A stretch of DNA of 64,000 nt from Deltaproteobacteria bacterium (lineage in GTDB: Bacteria; Desulfobacterota; Deferrimicrobia; Deferrimicrobiales; Deferrimicrobiaceae), in NCBI GenBank assembly GCA_037439645.1, contig JBBIVQ010000005.1, positions 10,368-74,367 of the forward strand. The letters are read 5' to 3'. This document shows positions 48,739 to 57,538 of this stretch, piece after piece. Under the pieces are notes generated by a model. That model saw nothing but the letters and a program-made list of their open reading frames with translations, did not search any database and was not told the DNA's origin. How positions within the stretch are numbered: position 1 is the first letter of the stretch; each line of letters starts with the position of its first letter. The position numbers were made by a program, and so were the translations under genes.

Positions 48739-50274
48739 TCAGTGCACCGGCCAATCCGAGGGGCTCCAGTAGAAGCCCCAGTTCGGTCCACGGAAATATG
48801 TTCCGATCAGCGTCAGGACGAGAAACCCGGCGAGGAAGCAGGTGAAGATCGCGATCCCCCCCATCCGGGTGCTGTTTTCCCGCCGGATGATATGGACGGA
48901 GAACGCGACGTAGAGAAAGGTGAGGAGCGTCCCCGGGTTGAGGAAGGTGATCACGATCTGCGGGATTTCCGGGACCCAGTTCCGAAGCCAACCGACGCGG
49001 ACGGCGAACGCCTCGATCCCGATCACCGCGCCCAGGCCGAAGGCGGCCGATTCGAGAAAGACCCGCTTGGGACGCTCCCCCTTCCCAAGCCAGTGCCCGA
49101 CCCCGCCCGGCTCACGGTCCAGGTAGGGGATCAGTCCCAGCCCGAGCAGTGTGATCATCGGCAGGAGCACTCCGCCCGCAAAGGCCGAGAAGGAGACGAT
49201 CTCCTGCAGGCCGAGGAAGTACCAGGGAGCCTTGGCCGGGTTTTCCGGGATCAGCGGGTTCGCCATCTCCTTGAGCGGCGCGTCGAAGAACCAGGAGAGG
49301 GCGACGGTGACCGCAAGGGTGAGCATGAACACGGCCGCCTCCGCGGTCATCAGGTGGGGCCAGGCGGGGACCGTGTTCTCGGGGCCTCTCCCGACGCTCG
49401 GGCTCGTCCCGCGAACCACCGCCATCAATCCGTAACTCTTCTTCGGCGCCTGCGTGAAGACCGGAAGGACCTCCTCTCCGGCCGGACCGAGGCGTTCGTC
49501 CGCGTCCTCCGGCCGGGAGAGCCCCCCGTCCTTCCGGATCCTCCAGAAGTGGAGCCCGAGGAAGAGGAGCATCAGCAACGGCAGGACCATGACGTGGAGG
49601 ACGTAGAACCGGATCAGCGCCTCTTCCCCCACGGAGCGGGATCCGAGCAGCAGCGTCTTCTGGACCCCTCCGGGGTCGAAGTACCGGGTGACGCCGGCCG
49701 CGTCGGTCAGTTCCTTCGGCGACTGCGCGATGTTCGCGCCGATCGTGGTCGCCCAGTAGGCGAGCTGGTCCCAGGGCAGGAGGTACCCGCTGAAGGAAAG
49801 GCCCAGCGTCAGAACGAGGAGCACCAGCCCGAACACCCAGTTCATCTCCCGCGGCGTCTTGTAGGAAGAGGTGTAGAAGACCCGCGCCATGTGGAAGATC
49901 ACCGCGATCACCATCAGGTGCGCTCCCCAACGGTGGATGTTCCGGATGAACCGGCCGGAAGGGACGACGAAATGGATGTCCTGGATCGACTGGTAGGCCA
50001 GCAAGGTGGACGGCTTGTAGTAGAACATCAACAACACCCCGGTCGCCACCAGCAGGACGAACGATGCGGCGCAGATCAGCCCCAGGCCGAGGGTGGAGGA
50101 CCACCGCAGGCTCCACCGGTGCACACGCGTCGGGTGGATGTGCAGGAACAGGTTCTGGAACACCGCTTCCATCCGGGACCGGTCGGTCACCGGCGCCCCG
50201 TGCCGGACCAGGCTGTCCCACACGGAGCGCGGGACCGCCTTCACGCCGGCGACATATTCCTTCCATGCTTCCAC
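48739..50274 (-). CDS. Cytochrome b of a Rieske/cytb complex (b6 plus subunit IV fused)
   Basis: RNIHRWGAHLM..FHMARVF, SGYLLPWDQ, RFYVLH-x14-H, KAPWYF (PEWY variant). Confidence 0.92.
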   Translation of the reverse strand: MEAWKEYVAGVKAVPRSVWDSLVRHGAPVTDRSRMEAVFQNLFLHIHPTRVHRWSLRWSSTLGLGLICAASFVLLVATGVLLMFYYKPSTLLAYQSIQDIHFVVPSGRFIRNIHRWGAHLMVIAVIFHMARVFYTSSYKTPREMNWVFGLVLLVLTLGLSFSGYLLPWDQLAYWATTIGANIAQSPKELTDAAGVTRYFDPGGVQKTLLLGSRSVGEEALIRFYVLHVMVLPLLMLLFLGLHFWRIRKDGGLSRPEDADERLGPAGEEVLPVFTQAPKKSYGLMAVVRGTSPSVGRGPENTVPAWPHLMTAEAAVFMLTLAVTVALSWFFDAPLKEMANPLIPENPAKAPWYFLGLQEIVSFSAFAGGVLLPMITLLGLGLIPYLDREPGGVGHWLGKGERPKRVFLESAAFGLGAVIGIEAFAVRVGWLRNWVPEIPQIVITFLNPGTLLTFLYVAFSVHIIRRENSTRMGGIAIFTCFLAGFLVLTLIGTYFRGPNWGFYWSPSDWPVH

Positions 50275-50299
50275 CCGCGTTCCCTCCTTTCCCGAAGCG

Positions 50300-50773
50300 T
50301 CAGGCCTTCCAGCAGGTTCCCGGCGGGACCGTTTCGCCCTCGTCCACCATCAGCTGCCCGTCGGGCGCCTTCGCCACCTTGAGCCAGTCGAGCGCGCGCG
50401 GGGCCGGCCCTCCGACGACCCTTCCCATCGCATCGAAGCGGGATCCGTGGCAGGGGCAGTCGAATCCGGTGGGGGAGGGGGCCACGATGCACCCGAGGTG
50501 GGTGCACACCGCGGAGATCGCGAAGACCCCCTGTTCCCCGCGGGAGACGAAGATGTTCCGCCCCGGCACCTTCCGGTATTCCCCTTCGGGGATCGACCCG
50601 GGAAGACCCACCTTCCCTTTCAGGGAGGGTTCCGGCAGGACGGAGGGCTTGGGCAGGCGGAAGACGCCGACCAGCGCCGCCGCCAGCGCGGCGCAAAAGG
50701 CGCCCCATGCCCCCCATGTCAGGAAATCCCTTCGTCCGGACTGCGCTACCCGGTCGTCTGCGGACATCGCCAT
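50300..50773 (-). CDS. Rieske [2Fe-2S] protein
   Basis: GRRDFL Tat anchor, CTHLGC, CPCHGS, GPAPRAL. Confidence 0.93.
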   Translation of the reverse strand: MAMSADDRVAQSGRRDFLTWGAWGAFCAALAAALVGVFRLPKPSVLPEPSLKGKVGLPGSIPEGEYRKVPGRNIFVSRGEQGVFAISAVCTHLGCIVAPSPTGFDCPCHGSRFDAMGRVVGGPAPRALDWLKVAKAPDGQLMVDEGETVPPGTCWKA

Positions 50774-52644
50774 TCCTCCCGGAAGTGATACCGTTCCATC
50801 GTGATGGCCCCGACGGGGCACCGCTTCTCGCAGTTCGCACACCGGATACAACGATCCTCGTCCTTGATGATCGCCGACCAGGCCTCGCCGGGCCCGCCCG
50901 GGGCGAGCCCGGCACGGGTCGAACGATCCAGCGCCAATGCGTCGAGGGGGACGAGTTTCAGGCACAGGGTCGGGCAGACGTCGGCGCACCCGCCGCAAAG
51001 GATGCAACGGTCCGAATCGAAGATCGTGTTCACGCCGCAATCGAGGCATCGACCCGCCTCCGCGGCCGCCTCCTCCGGTCCGTACCCGGTTTCCACCTGG
51101 AGATCGATCCGCAGCTTCCGCGTGTCCACCGGCGCCGCCGGCACCGGAGTCCGGGGGACCGCCTCGTACCGCTTCTCCCTCCCGAACCGATCGAGAACCC
51201 GGTGGATCTCCACCCGCTCCGGGGAGATCTTCCGCCCGGTGAGCTCCCGGTAGATCGAGCGGGCCGCCTTCTTGCCGCTGGCGATCGCGTCGATCATCAG
51301 GCGAGTCCCGTGGGCGGCGTCGCCGGCGGCGAACACCTTCGGGTTCGTCGTGGACAGGGTCTCGGGATCCACCCGCAGCAGCCCGCGCTCGGTCAGGGCG
51401 ACCCCGTCACGCTCCGAAGAGAGGAAGGAAAGGTCCATCGCCTGCCCGATCGCGAGGATCACGGTGTCGGCCGGAAGAACGGTTCGTTCCCCGGGATCGT
51501 ACCGGGGGGCGAACCGCCCCCTGTCGTCGAACACCGAGAGGACCTTCTGGAAGACCACCTCCCGGACCTTCCCCGCCTCATCGAGGCGGATCTCGAGGGG
51601 ACCCACCCGGTTGAGACGGCGGATCCCCTCTTCCTCCCCCTCGCGGACCTCCACCGGGTCGGCCGGCATCTCGTCGAACGACTCCATGCAGCAGAGGGAA
51701 ACGTCCCGCACCCCCTCCTGGCGCAGCGCGGTCCGGGAAACGTCGAGATCCTCGTGGCGCAGCGCGGTCCGGGAAACGTCGTAGGCGACGGAACCGCCGC
51801 CGATCACCACGACGCGCCGGCCCAGCGGCACCGTCTCTCCCAGCGAAACGCTCCGCAGGAAATCGACCCCCCCGTGGACCCCGGTCCCGTCCGCGCCGGG
51901 GATCGGCAGGCCCCGGGAGCGCTTCGCCCCCACGGCGATCAGGACCGCGGCGTGGTCCCGCAGCAGGTCGTCGAACCCGACATCCCGTCCAACCTTCACC
52001 CCGCACCGGATGGTGACACCCAGCGCCTCGATGACGGCGATCTCCGCGCGGATCAGGTCCCGGGGAAGACGGTACTGCGGCACCCCGAGGTAGAGCATGC
52101 CGGCGGGGACCGGTTCCCATTCGAACACGACGGGGGAAAATCCCATCAACGCCAGGTCGTGCGCGGCGGACAGGCCGGACGGTCCGGATCCGACGATCGC
52201 CACCGGCTCCCCGTTCGCCGGGATGAAGTTTCCACGGACTCCCTCCCGGATCAGGGCGGCGAACTCCTCGGCCCCTCCGCATTCGAGGTAGGCGGCGTTG
52301 CGGAGCGCTTCGAACAGGTCTTCCCGGGGAAATTCCGCCGACTCCGGGCCGAATCGGCGGCAGGCATACCCTTTCAACGCCCGGATCGCCACGGGGGCGT
52401 CGATCTTCCCCCTGCGGCAGGCCGCTTCGCAGGGGGCGCCGCAGACCCGTCCGCACATAGAGGCCAGCGGGTTCGGTCCCCGGGCGATCAGGTAAGCCCG
52501 CAGCGCGTCCCCGGCGGCGATCGCGCGAATGTACCCCCGGGCGTCGGTTCCCACGGGGCAGGCGAACTGGCAACAGATCTGCTCCTTCCAGTATTCCCGG
52601 TCGGGAACCCGGACGTCGAAGGGGACCACTCCGGGGTGCGCCAC
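50746..52644 (-). CDS. GltD/SudA-like FAD- and NAD(P)H-binding oxidoreductase with N- and C-terminal Fe-S domains
   Basis: CQFACP, CGRVCGAPCEAACRR, GSGPSG, GGGSVA, FAAGD, CILCGGCADVCP, CIRCANCEKRCP; no signal peptide. Confidence 0.9.
   Translation of the reverse strand: MAHPGVVPFDVRVPDREYWKEQICCQFACPVGTDARGYIRAIAAGDALRAYLIARGPNPLASMCGRVCGAPCEAACRRGKIDAPVAIRALKGYACRRFGPESAEFPREDLFEALRNAAYLECGGAEEFAALIREGVRGNFIPANGEPVAIVGSGPSGLSAAHDLALMGFSPVVFEWEPVPAGMLYLGVPQYRLPRDLIRAEIAVIEALGVTIRCGVKVGRDVGFDDLLRDHAAVLIAVGAKRSRGLPIPGADGTGVHGGVDFLRSVSLGETVPLGRRVVVIGGGSVAYDVSRTALRHEDLDVSRTALRQEGVRDVSLCCMESFDEMPADPVEVREGEEEGIRRLNRVGPLEIRLDEAGKVREVVFQKVLSVFDDRGRFAPRYDPGERTVLPADTVILAIGQAMDLSFLSSERDGVALTERGLLRVDPETLSTTNPKVFAAGDAAHGTRLMIDAIASGKKAARSIYRELTGRKISPERVEIHRVLDRFGREKRYEAVPRTPVPAAPVDTRKLRIDLQVETGYGPEEAAAEAGRCLDCGVNTIFDSDRCILCGGCADVCPTLCLKLVPLDALALDRSTRAGLAPGGPGEAWSAIIKDEDRCIRCANCEKRCPVGAITMERYHFREEWRCPQTTG
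51719..51781. repeat. 27-bp exact direct repeat (36-bp period) inside the oxidoreductase gene
   Basis: tggcgcagcgcggtccgggaaacgtcg at 51719 and 51755, encoding DVSRTALR twice. Confidence 0.85.
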
Positions 52645-52648
52645 GCCG

Positions 52649-53068
52649 CTATCCGTCCCTTCCGGGCGATCCCGCCGAAAGCGCGATATCGGCGATCGTG
52701 GTCCGCTCCATCAGTTCGACGAAGGATCGCTGCAGATCATTCCAGTTCCCGTGTTTGGAACAGCGCCTTCCGGGACACTCGGGATTGCCGACGATGCAGA
52801 GATGCCCCATCGTTTCCGGCTCGAACGTTTCGAGAACCGACTTCAGCGGGATCCGGGTTGCCCCTTCCTTCAGGCGATAGCCGCCGGTGCGACCCCGAAC
52901 CGATTCGACGAGCCCGTTGCGGGAGAGATGGAACAGGACCTTGGCGAGATATGGCGCGGGGATCCCCAGACGGCGCGCAAGCCCCCGGGCATGGAAAAAG
53001 GATCCCCGGGATTCCCCGGCGAGCAGCGCCAGGACCCAGATCGCATACCGGGACGTCTTGGAGATCAT
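52649..53068 (-). CDS. Rrf2 family transcriptional regulator
   Basis: PYLAKVL, SVRGRTGGYRL, C-x6-C-x4-C-x2-H. Confidence 0.9.
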   Translation of the reverse strand: MISKTSRYAIWVLALLAGESRGSFFHARGLARRLGIPAPYLAKVLFHLSRNGLVESVRGRTGGYRLKEGATRIPLKSVLETFEPETMGHLCIVGNPECPGRRCSKHGNWNDLQRSFVELMERTTIADIALSAGSPGRDG

Positions 53069-53186
53069 GCGGCAATCCCCGGGTAATTAGGATATTAAGG
53101 TATGAATATCATGTGAGTGGAAAATGTCAAGAAAATCCGCCGCCCGTGAAGGGCGACCCTTTCCGGCGCCGTGAGAACCGGAGCAT

Positions 53187-53223
53187 CGGACGAGGGGACG
53201 GGGCCAGCCCGTCCCCTCGTCCG
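53187..53223 (-). terminator. Long hairpin downstream of the TtrA-like gene
   Basis: cggacgaggggacggg-gccag-cccgtcccctcgtccg, 16-bp perfect stem. Confidence 0.65.
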
Positions 53224-53234
53224 TCGAAACAAGG

Positions 53235-56200
53235 TTATGCCTTGACCAGGTTCACCATCGTATCGTAGAAGGAAGCGCTTCCTCCGATCGGGTCGGTCAT
53301 GCACGTGTTCTTGAGGACCGGATCGATCTTCATCGCCGCGTTCGGGCACAGGCCGGCTGCGCGCCGCTTCTCGCCCTTGACCGTCCGCCCGTCCACGGTC
53401 GCATCGGACGCGCCGTACCCCCAGTGCCCGAACGACCAGGAGACGGCGACGACTCCCGGCGCCATTCCCTCGACCGCCTTGATCTTTCCGACCATGTCGA
53501 CCGGCTCGCGGTTCGGCAGGTGCCACTTCCCGTCCGCGTTCGACTTCGAGACGATCCGCGCCTTCTCCCCGTCCTTGAAGCCGAGATTCTTCGCCGTGCC
53601 GGCGTTGACGAGGAGGAAATTCTCGGGAAGGATCGCGCTCATCCAGTAGTTGTTCGGCAAGGTGCGGGACTGCCCTCCGAAGATCTCCTTGTAGGTGATG
53701 AGATGCAGCGGCATGTCCATGTCGACCGCCATGTTCCCCTTTGCGTCCTCGGGCTGCGTGAAGCAGCCGGTGCCGCGAAAACGTTTCCCCGTCAAGGAGT
53801 GTTTCGCCTTCGCCACATTCTCGCAGTAGAGGTTGAACTGTTTTCCGTACTTCTTCACGAGCTTCCCGTCGGGATTCGCGACCTCGGGGTTCCAGTCACC
53901 CCAGCGGCCCCCGCGGTTGAGGACGGTGACGGTCTTTTTCCACTTGTCGGGCCCGACCGCCTTCTCCCACCGCTTCTCGCTGAACACGGCGGCTTTGAGA
54001 TGCTTTCGCGCCTCGAGGAACGTTTTCATCTCGTCGAAGGAGGCGTCCGGCACCGCGTCGCCGTCCTTGTCCCCGACGGCCATGTTCGCGGCGAGCTTCA
54101 GGTACCAGTCCACCGGGGAGGTCAGATCCAACCCGGGGGTGAACCCGTCCTTGCCGAACCCCGGGAGCTGAAGTTTCTCGGCGAATGCCAGCGCCAGCGC
54201 CTCGAAAGAGCAGTGCATCTTCTCTCCGAACACCGTGACCGTTTCGGTCAGGGGGGTGATGGTGGGCTGGCGGAACTTGGACACCGCGTACGGGACGTCC
54301 GGGGAAGCGTGGGGCGTACCGAACCGCTCCCAGATGGCGGTGTCGGGGAACACATAGTCGGCATACATGCTGGTCTCGCCCAGTACGATGTCCGTCGCGA
54401 AGAACAGGGGGATCTTCTCCGTGTCGGCGAGGATCGAAAGGGCCGTCTGCCCCGCCGGCACCGCAAGGCCGGGGGTGCCCATGTGGAGCCAGACCGCCTG
54501 GGCCGCGTACGGGTATCCGTCGGCGGAGGAGGGCAACGCCTCCTGGTAAACGTTGCTGGTGAACGGGAGCCACGGCCGTTTCGCCGGGTATCCCTGGAAC
54601 AAGGTCGACTTCTCGTAGTGGGACCCCTCCCGCGTGATCTTGTGGCCGAAGGGGGACATCTTCCCCGGGTGCAGCTTGTTCACGTCGAACTGGGCTTTCG
54701 ACTTGTCTCCGAATTCGTGCCAGTGCCCACCGCCGACGGACAGGCCTCCTTTGTGGTCCGCGTTACCGATCAGGATGTTCAGGGCGATGAGGGCCTGGGC
54801 GTTGTAGTAGCCGTTGGTGTGCTGGACCGGCCCGCGGTAGAATTCGACCCCCGCCTTCTTGCCGTGGGAGGTCAACTCCTTCGCGACGGTTTCGATGTCC
54901 GCCACCGGGATGCCGCAGATCTTCGACCACTCCGTCATCGTCTTCGAGAACGCCTCTTCCTTGAGGATGGTGAAGGCGGTCTTTACGGGCACCCCGTTGA
55001 CCTCCCCGCTGAAGTCGAGGGTTCCGGTCACCGCGTTCTTGTCGTCGTCCGCCTTCACGGCGGCCGGCGCGCCCCCGGCCATGACGACGAAGTGGTCCTT
55101 GTCGCCGGTCCCGATGTCGGAGGCCCGAAGCAGGGCGCCGGGGCCGTCCTTCTCGATCTTCACCAGGTGGGTCGAATTCGACCACGTGGTCTCCCCCGCC
55201 GCCTTGGCCGCGGCCTTGTTGGCGGCGGCAAGGTATTTTTCGTCATGCCGCTTGTTCTCGATGATCCAGCGGATCATGGCCAGGGCGAGGGCGGCGTCGG
55301 TCGAAGGCTTGACCGGCAGCCACTTCCATGCGCGCGAGGCGGACTTGCTCATCCGCGGGTCGACCACCGCGACCTTCAGACGGCCGGACGAGATCCCTTC
55401 GGTGACCTTCGGGCACATGGCCGGGGGGCCGAAGTTCGCCTCCACGAACCCCGTGCCGAAATAGACGATGAACTCGGCGTTGAACGAATCGGGCTTCATG
55501 TGGGTGATGCCGCCCGCCCATTTCCCGTCCGCGTACTGCTTGGTTGCTTCATTGTAGGCGATGTGGTGCGACTGTTCGCAGATCGTGGTGTGCTCGATGA
55601 TGTTCGCGGAGCCGAAACCGCCGTTCATGAACCGCTTGCCGAACTCGATCCGGCCGTGCTCGATCCGGCCCCACATCCCGACGAACCGGTTGTTCTTCGG
55701 GCCGAGGTCGGGATGATCCGGGTCGATCAGCCGGTCGAGGTTCGTGGCGTGCTTCGCCTTGAACTCCGCGACTTTCATCTTTCCTTCCGCGACCGCCTTC
55801 GCGTCCTTCCCCATCTCGGCCGAGAGCTTCGCGTCGGTCAGCGCGCGCAACTCCTTGAGCCCCGGGACGTGCCGGGATTCCCCGATCCCCGCGAACAGGG
55901 TCCCGCCGCTGACGATCTCGCTGACGGCCTTGTCGAAGGAGATGACCTCCCATCGGTTGGAGCCGCGGGGCCCATTTCGCTTCAGGACCTTTACGATCCG
56001 GTACGGGTCGTAAAGCGACTGGATCCCGGACTGCCCCTTGGGGCACACCAGGGCGTCGATCTTCGCCGCCTTCCCCAGGGCCGTTCCGTACGGCAGGTTC
56101 GGGATCAGGTTCTCGCTGTACGGGTTGCCGTCGATCTTGACCGCGACGCCGTCCAGGATCTTCACCTTGATCGGGCAGGCGGTGTGGCACTGGAGGCAGA

Positions 56201-56426
56201 CGGAGTAGATCACACTCGTCGCCTTCGACAGCGGGTAGCTCCCCGAGCGTTCCCCGGCCGCCTCGGCGGTTCCCAGAAGGTGGAACGCGTTTTCCATCCG
56301 GCTCATCAGAAGGGCGGAGCCGCCGAGGAACGCCCCGGATTTCAGCAGGGTCCGGCGGGACACGCTCGCCAGGGGCCATCGATCGACGGTTTCCTTCAGC
56401 TTGCAAGGTTTCTCGTTGGAAGACAT
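53235..56426 (-). CDS. Tat-exported molybdopterin oxidoreductase, TtrA/SrdA (tetrathionate/selenate reductase) lineage
   Basis: SRRTLLK Tat motif, CLQCHTAC, GNPYS, CPKG, YDPYRIVKVLKR, EIVSGGTLF, HTTICEQSHH, KPD; 1063 aa. Confidence 0.85.
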   Translation of the reverse strand: MSSNEKPCKLKETVDRWPLASVSRRTLLKSGAFLGGSALLMSRMENAFHLLGTAEAAGERSGSYPLSKATSVIYSVCLQCHTACPIKVKILDGVAVKIDGNPYSENLIPNLPYGTALGKAAKIDALVCPKGQSGIQSLYDPYRIVKVLKRNGPRGSNRWEVISFDKAVSEIVSGGTLFAGIGESRHVPGLKELRALTDAKLSAEMGKDAKAVAEGKMKVAEFKAKHATNLDRLIDPDHPDLGPKNNRFVGMWGRIEHGRIEFGKRFMNGGFGSANIIEHTTICEQSHHIAYNEATKQYADGKWAGGITHMKPDSFNAEFIVYFGTGFVEANFGPPAMCPKVTEGISSGRLKVAVVDPRMSKSASRAWKWLPVKPSTDAALALAMIRWIIENKRHDEKYLAAANKAAAKAAGETTWSNSTHLVKIEKDGPGALLRASDIGTGDKDHFVVMAGGAPAAVKADDDKNAVTGTLDFSGEVNGVPVKTAFTILKEEAFSKTMTEWSKICGIPVADIETVAKELTSHGKKAGVEFYRGPVQHTNGYYNAQALIALNILIGNADHKGGLSVGGGHWHEFGDKSKAQFDVNKLHPGKMSPFGHKITREGSHYEKSTLFQGYPAKRPWLPFTSNVYQEALPSSADGYPYAAQAVWLHMGTPGLAVPAGQTALSILADTEKIPLFFATDIVLGETSMYADYVFPDTAIWERFGTPHASPDVPYAVSKFRQPTITPLTETVTVFGEKMHCSFEALALAFAEKLQLPGFGKDGFTPGLDLTSPVDWYLKLAANMAVGDKDGDAVPDASFDEMKTFLEARKHLKAAVFSEKRWEKAVGPDKWKKTVTVLNRGGRWGDWNPEVANPDGKLVKKYGKQFNLYCENVAKAKHSLTGKRFRGTGCFTQPEDAKGNMAVDMDMPLHLITYKEIFGGQSRTLPNNYWMSAILPENFLLVNAGTAKNLGFKDGEKARIVSKSNADGKWHLPNREPVDMVGKIKAVEGMAPGVVAVSWSFGHWGYGASDATVDGRTVKGEKRRAAGLCPNAAMKIDPVLKNTCMTDPIGGSASFYDTMVNLVKA

Positions 56427-56441
56427 TCGTTTACCTCCTCC

Positions 56442-57224
56442 TCACACGTGGCATTCGAGGCACGTAACCGGCGTGCCGACCTGGATCTTCGAGCGCTCTT
56501 CGTAGCCGATGTAGTAGACCCGCGGCTTCGTGCCGAGCTTTGAAAGGTTCTGCCAGACCGTCTCTTTCTTCAGGATCTCGGAAACGAGGCTCTTCGGATC
56601 CGAGGCGTCCCCGAAGTACATCGCCCTGCCGATGCAGGTGGAAACGCAGGCGGGAATCATGCCGCTTTCGAGTCGATGCGGGCAGAAGGTGCATTTCCGG
56701 ATGGCGCCGTTCAGGGCGTTCTTCTCCCGTGTGAACTTCCCGCCGTACTCGTAGAAATCCCGTGTTTCGTACGGTTCAAGCACGGGCGTTCCGTCGGTGT
56801 TATGGCCGCCGTGGTCCTCGATGATCGCGTAATAGGGGCACGACTTCTTCGCCGCTTCGGCCGCCTTCGGATTTTTTGCAAGCACCTTGTAGTCGAACTC
56901 GACGATGCCGTCCTCCCGCTTTACGATGGCGTTCCTGGACACCTTGTTCGCCGCTTTCATGCACGGGGCATTGTCGCACTGCTGGCAGTTCGCGGGCATG
57001 AAGAACCGGTCCAGATCGGGGAACTCCCTGTGCTCCGTTTCGAACACCTTCCGGTAGGAGCTGCCGGGTGGAGTGACGTTTTCGGCCATGCAGGACACGG
57101 CACAGGCATGGCACCCCACGCATTTTCGAACGTCGATGACCATCTTCCAGGATCGTTCCTTCTTCGGGCGGCCGAGCGCCCTCTCGAGATCTTCGTGCAT
57201 CCGAACGATTTCACCTGTTGCCAC
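56442..57224 (-). CDS. 4Fe-4S ferredoxin beta subunit (TtrB/NrfC-like) with three predicted clusters and a C-terminal CxxCH
   Basis: CVGCHACAVSC, CQQCDNAPC, SCPY, KCTFC..ACVSTC, TKPRVYY, CLECH; GTG start after aaggagg. Confidence 0.88.
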   Translation of the reverse strand: MATGEIVRMHEDLERALGRPKKERSWKMVIDVRKCVGCHACAVSCMAENVTPPGSSYRKVFETEHREFPDLDRFFMPANCQQCDNAPCMKAANKVSRNAIVKREDGIVEFDYKVLAKNPKAAEAAKKSCPYYAIIEDHGGHNTDGTPVLEPYETRDFYEYGGKFTREKNALNGAIRKCTFCPHRLESGMIPACVSTCIGRAMYFGDASDPKSLVSEILKKETVWQNLSKLGTKPRVYYIGYEERSKIQVGTPVTCLECHV

Positions 57225-57342
57225 GGCGGAACCCTCCTTCCGCGAACGGGATGTTTCGAATCTGAATCCGTTACAAGGTCCGGAGCGCATCGATGAGGCC
57301 CAGCACCGGAAAGGAATGTCGAGAACAGTCGAATATTCGTAC

Positions 57343-57357
57343 GCAATTTCCGAGCCA
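57343..57357 (-). promoter_or_regulatory. Sigma54 (-24/-12) promoter
   Basis: Minus strand TGGCTCGGAAATTGC (GG-N10-GC). Confidence 0.8.
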
Positions 57358-57361
57358 TTTA

Positions 57362-57374
57362 TAATTTATTGATA
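57362..57374 (-). promoter_or_regulatory. IHF binding site
   Basis: Minus strand TATCAA-taaa-TTA matches WATCAA-N4-TTR, located between promoter and enhancers. Confidence 0.7.
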
Positions 57375-57399
57375 ATGTTGGCGTTTTCCGGGAGGGAGC

Positions 57400-57504
57400 G
57401 TTACCTCAAGGTAACACTTCGTGACGTTCTCAAGCGCAACGATTCGATAGGAAACGGGAAATGGCCGTTACCACGAGGTGGAGCCGATGTTACTTTATCG
57501 TAAC
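57400..57504. promoter_or_regulatory. Enhancer (UAS) palindromes for the sigma54 activator
   Basis: GTTAC-N6-GTAAC at 57400-57415 and 57489-57504, partial copy gttaccacgaggtgga at 57467. Confidence 0.7.
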
Positions 57505-57538
57505 GTGAAGGGAATGACGTGTTTCCTGCCGCCGATGG

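Noticed and set aside
47331-48791. Apparent 1407-aa molybdoenzyme with a long N-terminal extension
   Set aside because: The extension is an alternative frame of the cytochrome c gene; the RBS and Tat signal place the start at 47330
53235-56426. Calling it respiratory arsenate reductase ArrA or ArxA because of the nearby ars genes
   Set aside because: Length (1063 aa), the EIVSGGTLF insert and HTTICEQSHH fit the TtrA/SrdA lineage better
53424-56543. Long antisense ORFs (53424..56543, 44649..47654, 50707..53268, most of 39570..42179, 6505..8655)
   Set aside because: Expected stop-poor antisense frames of high-GC genes, with no recognisable motifs except the prfC tail reported separately
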